Shown here in pieces: positions 12,001-24,000 of a stretch of DNA of 64,000 bases (positions are counted from its first letter, which is position 1; each line of letters starts with the position of its first letter). This DNA comes from Mobula hypostoma (lineage: Eukaryota): contig NC_086097.1 in NCBI RefSeq assembly GCF_963921235.1, forward strand, positions 199,952,001-200,016,000, given 5' to 3'. The notes below the pieces were generated by a model. It saw only the letters and a list, made by a program, of their open reading frames with translations. It had not been told where the DNA came from and ran no database searches. The position numbers were made by a program, and so were the translations under genes.

Positions 12001-15000
12001 CTGGAAGTACTCAGCAAGTCAAACAGTATCTGTGACAAAAAGACAATCTTCTGGAGAACTCAACAGGCTGAGTAGCATCTGTGGGAGGAAAGGAATTGTT
12101 GCTATTTCAGGCCAAAGCCCTGTATTTCTCCTGATGCAGGTTTTTGATCCTTAATACTAATCAACCAGCTGAATTCCTCCATCAGGTTGTTCCTTGTTCC
12201 AGATTCCAGCAGCTGCATTCTCTTGTGCCAGCATCTGCTAAAAGGTGAAATGTTATTGAGACATAAACTCCATTTCTTTTTCCACATTTGCCAACCGACC
12301 TGCCAAGTATTTCCAGCAGTTTCAGTTTTTATTCCATATCTTATTGAAACTGAACTGAACTGAGAGTACAGGTCATTCGTTAACTCTTGGAGTAAATTGA
12401 ACCACATATTTAGGAGATGCTGGAAAAGAATACACAGATTTTATTGAAATGCCATCTTGTACAAAATTTATTAGGACTACCAAGTAAAGAATATGCTGTG
12501 GCATAATATCGGGCTACTCTGTTATTTTATTTGTCAGTCTAATGTTTTCGTTTACTCTGTCAACTGATTCATAGCTTTCAATGTTTTTGCTCTGATATAT
12601 GGCTAAATACTATTCTATCCAGAAAATTGACCTTGGGATCTTTCTTTCACTTACTTCCATTAATGGTTCACATTGTTCTATGTTTCTTTTTGTTATTTTC
12701 TTACTAACCTTCCTTCTTTACTAACAACAAATTCAGAGACACAAGTAAGCCAGGCTGATTAATGTTCCCAGGAACGGTACCAGAAAACATGTTTGCACCA
12801 AAACTAAGTTTCTAACACAGCTCTGATGAAAGAACATCAGTGCAGTGGAGGCAGCTCTGTGGAACTTCAAACTAAGATGTATTCTTTCCTGAATAAAATT
12901 AGGTCAAGCCATTTGAGACTTAGAATTTCATTCACAGCTCTGCTCCACTGTGAGAAATTATTCATTTTCTCTCAATATAGCGTTAGTTCAATTACATCAA
13001 AACAATTGAACATTTACACCACATGCACCTGTGAGTGGCTGTGCCTGTAATGGGGTTGTCTTCCTCCTTCTGGGACCTTCAGTAGATGATGTGATCAATG
13101 TAGAAATGATTGGTGGTACTGAAATGTAAAAGCAAAGCTGTTTTAAAATCTTATACATATTTTAATTTTCCTTTCTTTTGTGGGTGAGAAGCTACATGTC
13201 TAAAGAGATGATTAATGATAACATAGACAGAAACTTTACTCAGTCTTGTCATTATCAATAAAGGCAAGAATAATGCGCATTTATATAGCACGATTGAATA
13301 GGAACATGCTTCCAGTCTGTTCAATGAGTCACCTACAATGGACAGCAAAGAATTTGCTTCCTGAATACTTCTGGGTGTATCTCACGGATTTTGGGCTGCT
13401 GATCATGAAAATCACCATGAAATATCCCTATCACACATCATATTTTTGTAATAGCTTGTAATTTTTATTTCAATTCATAATTCAAGTCAGAATAACTGAT
13501 GCAAGATTAAGTTTTTATTGGTCCACAATTCAAACAGGTCATCAATGACAGTCAATTTGAAGAACTTCTAGTGAGACTGAAGAAAATTGCATGGAAGGAA
13601 TTTAAGGATGTTGTTGAAAATTGTGTTGGCAAGTACAGAACACCAAACTACATGCAGCTGGTTGACAACATGTTTCAAACATACAAAATCATGAAGTATA
13701 ATATGTCACTAAAGATTTATTTTCTGCATTCCCATTTAGACTTCTTCCCTGCAAATCTTGGTGCTGTCAGTGACGAGCATGATGAAAGGTTTCATCAGGA
13801 CACTGCAGTCATGGAGAAACAGTGTCAGGGCAACTAGAGTCCATCGATGCTGGCAAATTATTGTTGGACACTTAAACAAGAAGCCTCAGACACTAACACA
13901 AACAAAAACCATCAACAAAACATTTTTAGGTTAGTTGAACAATTGCAAAGTATCAGCACTGTTATGCAATTAAATGCATTAACTTCAATAAAAGTTAATT
14001 TCTTGTTTCTTCAAATTCCTATGTAATACAAGTAGTCTGAAGTTATATTTGTGTTCAGCTGTTCAGCTTCAAGCGGTCTATCATAAACAAAACCAACTTC
14101 CAAGGAGGCAACACTTTCGATAAGATATTGTTGTCCAGTGTTAGTAAAGGAGATGAACAATAACTTGGTAAAAGAGATTAGTTACAAGGAGCATTTTAAA
14201 TAATGTAAAGAGGCCAGAGGAGGATCTCCCAGGGAAATGTAAGAATAGAGATTATAGTTACAGGGAGTGGTGAAGAAATGATCTGAAAATACCCACGGAT
14301 CAAGGCACAACTGCACAAGCGTGTAGACGTCACCAAGTTACACCAGCACAAAGAGTTTAAAAGGAGATAGCTTTATAGAGTGGCGGTGTTGTGGATAGTG
14401 TGGAGGGCTATCAGCGGTTACAGCGGAACATTGATAAAATGCAAAGCTGGGCTGGAAAGTGGCAGATGGAGTTCAACCCAGATAAGTGTGAGGTGGTTCA
14501 TTTTGGTAGGTCAAATATGATGGCAGAATATAGTATTAATAGAAAGACTCTTGGCAGTGTGGAGGATCAGAGGGATCTTGGGGTCTGAGTCCATAGGACA
14601 CTCAAAGCTGCTACGCAGGTTGACTCTGTGGTTAAGAAGGCATACGGTGTATTGGTCTTCATCAATTGAGGGATTGAGTTTAAGAGCCGAGAGGTAATGT
14701 TACAGCTATATAGGACCCTGGTCAGACCCCACTTGGAGTATTGTGCTCAATTCTGGTTGCCTCACTATAGGAAGGATGTGGAAACCATAGAAAGGGTGCA
14801 GAGGAGATTTACAAGAATGCTGAGTCTCTTAATTCAGAGATTAAGGGAGTTAGGACTTTACTCTTTGTAGAGAAGGAGGATGAGAGGAGACATGATAGAG
14901 GTGTACAAGATAATAAGAGGAATAGATAGAGTGGATAGCCAGCACCTCTTCTCCAGGGCACCACTGCTCAGTACAAGAGGACATGGCTTTAAGGTAAGGG

Positions 15001-18000
15001 GTGGGAAGTTCAGAGGGGATATTAGAGGAAAGTTTTTCACTCAGAGAGTAGTTGATGCGTGGAATGCACTGCCTGAGTCAGTGGTGGAGGCAGATACACT
15101 AGTGAAATTTAAGAGACTACTAGACAGGTATATGGAGGAATTTAAGGTGGGGGCTTATATGAGAGGTAGGGTTTGATGGTTGGCACAACATTGTGGGCCG
15201 AAGTGCCTGTACTGTGCTGTACTATTCTATATTCTATGTTCTATGTTCTGCCTGGATTGGGGAGCATGTCTTATTGGAATAGGTTGAGTAAACTTGGCCT
15301 TTTCTCCTTGGAGCAATGGAGGATGAGAGGTGCCTTGAAAGAAGTGTACAAGAAAATGAGAGGCATTGATCATCTGGATAGTCAAAGGCTTTTTCCCAGG
15401 GCTGAAATGGTTAGCACGAGAGGGCATAGTTTTAAGGTGCTTGGAAGTAGGTACGGAGGAGATGTCAGGGGTAAGTTTTTTACGCAGAAAGTGGTGAGTG
15501 CTTGGAATGGGTTGCCGGCGGCGATGGTGGAGGTGGAAACAATAGGGTCTTTTAAGAGACTCCTGGATGGCTACATGGAGCTTAGAAAAATAGAGGGCTA
15601 TGGGTAACCCTAGGTAGTTCTAAGGTAGCGACATGTTCAGCACAACTTTGTAGGCTGAAGGGCCTGTATTGTGCTGTAGGTTTTCTATGTTTTTAAATGG
15701 GTAACAGTAAGGTGAGGGAAGGGCAAGAGTCAGAAACTAGTGAGTACCCCTAAGGCTATTATTATAAGTACTCCTGTTTGAGTACTGTTGGGGGGATGGG
15801 CTACCTGGAGGAAGCCACAGTGGCCACGGCTCTGGCAGAGTTTGGCCCTATGGCTCAGAAGGGTAGGGAAAGGAAGAAGGCAGCAGTAATAGGGGACTCT
15901 ATAGTTAGGGGGTCAGACAGGTGATTCTGTGGACGCAGGAAAGAAACACGGATGGTAGTTTGCTTCCCTGGTGCCAGGACCTGGGATGTTTCTGATCATG
16001 TCCACAATATCCTGAAGTGGGAAGGTGAACATCCAGAGGTTGTGGTACATATTGGTACCGACGACATAGGTAGGAAAAGGGAGGAGGTCCTGAAAACAGA
16101 CGACAGGGAGCTAGGAACGAAGTTGAGAAGCAGGACTGCAAAGGTAGTAATCTCGGGATTACTGCCTGTGCCACACGACAGCGAGTATAGGAATAGAGTG
16201 AGGTGGAGGATAAATGTGTGGCTGAGGGATTGGAGCAGGGGGCAGGGATTCAGATTTCTGGATCATTGGGACCTCTTTTCGGGCAGGTGTGACCTATACA
16301 AAAAGGACGGGTTGCACTTGAATCCGAGGGGGACCAACATCCTGGCAGGGAGGTTTGGTAAGGCAATTGGAGAGAGTTTAAATTAGAATTACTGGGGGTG
16401 GAAACCAACCTGAAGAGACAGAGGAAGGGGCTGTTGGCTCACAAATAGAGAAAGCTTGGAGACAGCGTGAGAGGGAGGATAGGCAGGTGATAGAGAAGGG
16501 ATGTGCTCAGACCGATGGTTTGAGATGTGTCTATTTTAATGCAACAAGCATCACGAACAAAGCAGATGAGCTTAGAGCGTGGATCAGTACTTGGAGCTAT
16601 GATGTGGTAGCCATTACAGAAACTTGGATGTCTCAGGGGTAAGAATGGTTACTTCGAGTGCCAGGCTTTAGATGTTTCAGACAGGACAAGGAGGGAGACA
16701 AAAGAGGTGGGGGTGTGGCACTGTTGATAGTGTCACGGCTGCAGAAAAGAGGGAAGTCATGGAGGGATTGTCTATGGAGTCTCTGTGGGTGGAGGTTAGA
16801 AACAGGACGGGTCAATAACTCTACTTTGTGTTTTTTATGGACCGCCCAATAGTAATGGGGACATTGAGGAGCAGATAGGGAAACTGATTCTGGAAAGGTG
16901 TAATAATAACTGGATTGTCGTGGTGGGAGATTTTAATTTCCCAAATATTGATTGGCATCTCCCTAGGGCAAGGGGTTTAGATGGGGCAGAGTTTGTTAGG
17001 TGTGTTCAGGAATGTTTCTTGACACAATATGTAAATTAGCCTACAAGAGGAGAGACTGTACTTGATCTGGTATTGGAAAATGAACCTAGTTAGGTGTCAG
17101 GTCTCTCAGTAGGAGAGTATTTTGGAGATAGTGTTCACAATTCCAGAAGGGGCCATGAGATGACCTTGGTGACCAGGATTAAGGAAAACCCCAAGGCACT
17201 CTACAAGTATGTGAAGTGCAAAAGGATAAGATGTGGGACAGTAGGACCAATCAAGTGTGACAGTGGAAAAGTGTGTATGGAACCAGAGATAATAGCAGAG
17301 ATACTTAATGTATACTTTGCTTCAGTATTCACTATGGAAAAGGATCTTGGCGATGGTAGGGATGATTTACAGGGGATTGAAAAGCTTGAGCATACAGACA
17401 TTAAGAATGAGGATGTGCTGGAGCATTTGGAAAACATCAAGTTGGATAAGTCTCTGGGACTGGATGAGTCCCTAGGCTACTGTGGGAAGCGAGGGAGGAT
17501 ATTGCTGAGCCTCTGGCAATGATCTTTGCGTCATCAATGGGGACGGGAAAGGTTCCGGAGGACTGGGGGGTTGTGGATGTTGTTCCCTTATTCAAGAAAG
17601 AGAGTAGAGATAGCTCAGGAAATTATAGACCAGTGAGTCTTACCTCAGTGGTTGGTAAGTTGATGGAGAAGATCCTGAGAGGCATAATATGATTAGGAAT
17701 AGTCAGCATGGCTTTGTCAAAGACAGGTTGTGCTTTACAAGTCTGTATGAATTTTTTGAGGATGTGACTAAACACATTGTTGAAGGTAGAATAATAGATG
17801 GATATATGGTATATGGATTTCAGCAAGGTACCCCATGCAAGGTAGATGAGTCATATTCTGCATGGAGGTCAGTGACCAGTGGTGTGTCTCAGGGATCTGT
17901 TTTAGGACGTTCTCTTTGTGATTTTTATAAATGACCTGGATGAGGAAGTGAAGGGATGGGTTAGTAAATGTGCCGATGACACAAATGTTGGGGGAGTTGT

Positions 18001-21000
18001 GGATAGTGTGGAGGGCCGTCAGAGGTTACAGCGGGACATAAATAGGATGCAAATCTGGGCTGAGAAGTGGCAGATGGAGTTCAACCCAGGTAAGTGTGAG
18101 GTAGGTCATTTTGGTAGGTCAAATATGATGGCAGAATATAGTATTAATGGTAAGACTCTTGGCAGTGTGGAGGATCGGAGGGATTTTGGGGTCTGAGACC
18201 ACTGACATTTAAAGCTGCTGTGCAGAATGACTCTGTGGTTAAGAAGGCATACAGAGCATTGGCCTTCATCAACCTTGGGATTGAGTTTAAGAGTCAAGAG
18301 GTAATGTTACAGCTATATAGGACCCTAGTCAGGCCCCACTTGGAGTACTGTGCTCAATTCTGGTCGCATCACTACAGGAAGGATGTGGAAACCATAGAAA
18401 GGCTGCAGGGGAGATTTACAAGGATGTCGCCTGGATTGGGGAGCATGACTTATGAGAATAGGTTGAGTGAACTCGGCCTTTTCTCCTTGGAGTAATGGAG
18501 GATGAGAGGTGACCTGATAGAATTTATAAGATGATGATAGGCATTGATCATGTAGAATAGATAGTCAGACGCTTTTTCCCATGGGTTGAAATGGCTAACA
18601 CAAGAGGGCACAGTTTTAAGGTGCTTGGAAGTAGGTACAGAAGTGATGTCAGGGTTAAGTTTTTTACACAGAGAGTGGTGAGTGCATGGAATGGGCTGCC
18701 GACAACAGTGGCGGAGTCAGATACGATAATGTCTTTTAAGAGACTCCTGGATAGGTACATGGAGCTTAGAAAAACAGAGGGCTATGGGTAACCCCAGGTA
18801 ATTTCTAAAGTAAGTACATGTTTGGCACAGCGTTATGGTTCAATGGGCCTGTATTGTGCTGTAGGTTTTCCATGTTCTATGCTCTATGAAACCTAGATCC
18901 ATTCTTTAAATGAGATTCAAATAATGATTACTGTTAATGCAAGACCTGCTGCACCCATGTCTTATACATATTGATTTGTTCGCAGCAATAAGAAGAGAAA
19001 AAATAAGAAAGTATGTCCTTGCTCCATTGGTGTGTAGTAAAAGAGAAAAGAGAAGGAAATGATTTGCATATTTATAGCAATTTGAATAAAGCTTTATGGT
19101 CAATAAATACATTTGTTGAGTTGTTACGCAGGGAAATGAATTGGTCAGTTTATACTTGGCAAGACCCCACAGAGAGAAATAACAATACAGCAATATGACT
19201 GCTTGAGAGATCTTGAGTCACCCAGACTGCAGTGAGAACTGCCTGCTCATCTTTGGATAGAACTGTGGGATCTTTTAAGGCTGAGAGGGCACTTGGGGTC
19301 TTGGTCTATTATCTTGTCTGAAAGTAATCACTTTCAACAGTGTGACACTTCTTCAGTAATGAATCGAAATGTCAGCCTGCTTTATATAACGAAGTCTCTG
19401 TAGTTTGGTTTGAACTCATTACTGTGATCTTTTCAATGAATCAAGAGTGCTTATGAATAGATTCTACAGAGATTGACAATATTCGTCTACTTTAAATAGT
19501 TTCAAATGTCCATCTGGAGCCATGCAGAAAAATAGCTACTGAATTCTCTGTTAAAATTTCCCAAAAAGGAAATGGTGAATGGTATATTAAGGGTGATGTA
19601 TCTATGGTGCCAATGATTGCTATATGTCAGTATTTATGGCATCATGCTGAAGTGTTGCCATTAGTATGCTGATGCTTATGGACATGCACTAATTGTGACG
19701 GGAAAATGCTCAGGCTCACAGGTGAGAGGGGAAAGGTTAAAAGGACAACAGAGAGACAAGTTTTCATACAAGGGTGGTGGGTATATGGAGTGAGCTGACA
19801 GGGAAGTGACAGAACCAGATACAGTCACAACCTTCATCTGGCAATTGAATACATTTATGGATAAGACCATAAGACATAGAAACAGAATTAGGTCATTGAA
19901 ATCGCTCTGCTATTCAATCATGGCTAGTTATTTTCCATCACAGCTCCATTTTCCTGCCTTCTTCCCAAAACCTTTGATACCCTTACTAATCAAGAATCTA
20001 TCAACCTCCACTCTAAGTAAAGACCACAAGATGATAAGACAAAGGAGCATAATTAGGCCATCTGGTCCATCAAGTCTGATCCACCATTTTATCATGGCTG
20101 ACTTACAATCTCTCTCAACCCCTTTCTCATGCCTCCTCCCCATAACCTGTGATGCCCTTATTAATCAACTACCTATCAACGTCAGCTTTAAATATACTCA
20201 ATAACTTAGCCTCCACAGCCACCTGTAGAAATGAATTCCACAGATGCACACCCTTAGGCTAAAGAAATTCCTTCTTTTCTCTGTACAAAAGTGATTTCCT
20301 TCTATTCTGAGGCTGTGTCCTCTGATCCTAGACTCTTCCACTATTGGAAACATCCTTCCCACGTCCACTTTCTCTAGGGCTTTCAATATTTGATAGGTTT
20401 CAATGAGATCCCCCCACCCCCTTTTTCTTCTAAACTCCAGTGGGTACAGGCCCTGAGCCATCAAACACTCCTCCTACATTAGCCATTTCATTCTTGCAAT
20501 TATTTTCATGTACCTCTTCGGAACTTCTCCAATGCCAGCACATCCTTTCTTAGATAAGGGGCACAAAACTGCTCACAATACACTAAGTGTGGTCTGACCA
20601 TTAGTCTTGCGAGACCATGGATCTGCACCTGGAAAGTCTTCACTCTTCAGGGCGCAGGCCTGGGCAAGGTTGTATGGGAGACCAGCTGCAAGTCTCCCCT
20701 CTCCACGACACCAATGTTGTCCAAGGGAAGGGCATTAGGACCCTTACAGTTTGGCACCAGTGTCGTCGCAGAGCAATGTGTGATTAAGTGCCTTGCTCAA
20801 GGACACAAAACGTTCCCACGGCTGGGGCTCGAACTCACAACCTTCAGGTCGCTAGTCCAATGCCTTAACCACGGCCACGTGCCCACATGTGGTCTGACCA
20901 ATGCTTATAAAGCCTCAGCATTGCATCCTTGCTGTTATGTTCTAGTCCTCTGAAAATAATTGCTAACATTGCATTTGCCTTTCTTACCACTGATTCAAAC

Positions 21001-24000
21001 TACAAGTTAACCTTTAGGGAATCCTGCACAAGGACTCCCAAATTCCTTTGCGCCACTGATTTCTGAAATCAGTGTCCCTCCACCTGGAATAGGAAAGGCT
21101 TAGAAGGAAATGGGCTGAATGCAGGCATATGGAAACAGCCTGGGAAAGCACCTTGGTTGGCATTGATACCTTGGACTGAAGGGCTTGTTTCCATGCTGTG
21201 TAACTTTAATTTCACCAATACTACTCTGTAACCATGTGAAAAAATCAACCTTTAATTCAGATACTTAAGCTGGATTCTTTTCTGTCTTTAGGTGTAACAG
21301 GTTTAAGGTGCTGGGGAATAGGTACAGAGGAGTTGTCAGGGGTAAGTTTTTTATGCAGAGAGTGGTGAGTGCGTGGAATGAGCTGCCAGCGACAGTGGTG
21401 GAGGTAGATACAGCCGGGTCTTTTAAGAGACTCCTGGATAACTGCATGGAGCTTAGAAAAATAGAGGGCTATGGGTAACCCTAGGTAATTTCTAAAGTAC
21501 ATGTTTGGCACAGCATTGTGGGCCAAAGGACCTGTATTGTGCTGTAGGTTTTCTATGTTCTATGTTCTATGAAATTTAGATCCATTCTTTAAATGAGATT
21601 CAAATAATGATTACTGTTAATGCAAAATTTGCTGCACCCACATCTTATAGATATTGATCTGTTTGCAGCAATAAGGAGAGAATAAATAAGAAAGTAGGTC
21701 CTTGCTCCATTGGCGTGTAGTGAAAGATAAAGAGACAGAAATGATTTGCATATTTATAGCAGTTTGAATAAAGTTTTATAGTCAATAAATACCTTTGATG
21801 AGTTGTTACGCAGGGAAGTGAATCGGTCAGTTTATACTTGGCAAGACCCCACAGAGATATAGGTTTTCTATATTTCTATGCTTCTAAACAAGGCAATGTG
21901 TTGTTTTGACTCCGAATTATTTTTGCCGGAAACAATTTTTGGAGTGGTCAGAAAGGAATGCCTCCTTAGAAACTGTAAATGATCTCAAAAATGAGGTAAT
22001 ACAAAACATGAATGATAGACCAAAGCTTCAGCTGATGATCTGCACATTCTGCCACTTCTGAGTGTACTCCCACAAAGACTGTAAGAGTTATCATTTTGGA
22101 GCTGTGATTGTTCATTATTACCAGTAATTGTTGAAAGATGGCTGATTTGAACTACTGCTTCTTCTGATGAAACTTTAGACAAGAGTAAAAGAGAACTGAA
22201 TGGGTCAGTCCATTGACTCCAGGCTGAAAGTCTCGGATGTAGTCCTAAGTTACAAATGGAAAAACCTAAGCCTCCCTGTTGCTTTTGATGGTACTGAAAA
22301 CATTAAGGATGATTGACCTGAAGCAATGGGTTGGATTGTGTCAGCAACATCACATCCCAGAATCACATACATTTTTTGCCAATTGTTCCCATTAACGCTG
22401 ATATTTTGCAGTCATTGGGCTCCAAACATCCTGCCAGCCTCGTTTCTTCCTGCTAAGGTGGGCCGTGGCCAGCGGTGAGGTCACAGAGTGCAGGAACGTG
22501 GACCACCCTGATGTCCTTCCGATGACCCATGCTACCAGAAAGTTATGGCCACTATTTCTAGTGTCTTTGATTTATGAAATTAAAAGGTATAAATTAAAAA
22601 CAATAACTTCATGTAAAACCATATTGAACATGTGTAAATTAATCAACATCAATATTAAATAAAGTTTCAAGAGGTACCTCAGATTTTAATGAAGCTTAAT
22701 GCACAAATTCATATGACTAGGATTATGCTAGATACATCAGTTATGGCAGACACAATACTGAGAGGTCTGAATTTTTAGAGTCCAGAGGTAGGCAGAAAGT
22801 CACCTGCACTCTCCAGTGCATTCCCTACTTCGGTACTGCAGTGAACAGATGTGGAAGTGTGGAACATGCAGACACAAATGCAGCAGCCGGCTGATGCGTC
22901 TATATGGACATTTAGACTTGTACAGCATGCCTTTCAATCTTTTCAGTCATTATCTTTATATCAGCACCAAAGAAACAAGGGCAGTCACGTCCCTCTCACT
23001 AGTAAAATAGTTAGTCCCCTCAATCTGCAAGCACCTGCAATTGGTAAAGGTGCAACATAAATGCAAATTAATGTAGTCAAAATGATCTTTTCCACACATA
23101 TGACACTGCAGCAAAATATTTCAACAATTGTTTAGATGTCTTTAATTGTTTAAATGTCTTTAATTACAGATGTCTGTAATTGAAAAGCGCAGATTTATGG
23201 GATTAACTGGAGTCATATTTTCACATTATCTAATTGATCCAGCCCATATTGTGGGCTAGCATATTTGGGCTTAAAAGCATTTGTTGGGGAAGCGGTTAGC
23301 AGGGTGATGAGGTTCATAGTCTCTGCACTCAAACTCACATCTCTAGGAAGAGGTACAGTCGAAGTTTCAGGCCGAGACCCTTCGTCAGGACTAACTGAAG
23401 GAAGAGTTAGTAAGAGATTTGAAAGTGGGAGGGGGAGGGGGAGATACAAAATGATAGGAGAAGACAGGAGGGGGAGAGACGGAGCCAAGAGCTGGACAGG
23501 TGATTGGCAAAGGGGATATGGGAGGATCATGGGACAGGAGGCCCAGGGAGAAGGACGGTGGGGGTGGGGGACCCAGAGGATGGACAAGGGGAAAGTCTCC
23601 CTCTGTCCCTCTGACTATACCCCTTGCCCATCCTCTGGGTTCCCCCCGCCTTGTCTTTCTCCCTGGGCCTCCTGTCCCATGATCCTCTCGTATCCCTTTT
23701 GCCAATCACCTGTCCAGCTCTTGGCTCCGTCTCTCCCCCTCCTGTCTTCTCCTATCATTTTGTATCTCCCCCTCCCCCTCCCACTTTCAAATCTCTTACT
23801 AACTCTTCCTTCAGTTAGTCCTGACGAATGGTCTCAGCCTGAAATGTCGACCGTACCTCTTCCTAGAGATGTTGCCTGGCCTGCTGCGTTCACCAGCAAC
23901 TTTGATGTGTGTTGCTTGAATTTCCAGCATCTGCAGAATTCCTGTTGTTCACATCTCACCTCCACTTTGTAATTGGTGGTATGGCTGACTCAGAAATGAA

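Noticed and set aside
20800..20887. tRNA gene
   Set aside because: It is the tRNA-derived head of a SINE bounded by a TSD.
22804..22835. 32-nt candidate micro-exon with AG/GT ends
   Set aside because: It introduces a stop in the phase required by the upstream exon.
23265..23972. 235-aa ORF and overlapping mirror ORFs
   Set aside because: By-products of the low-complexity inverted repeat, not a gene.
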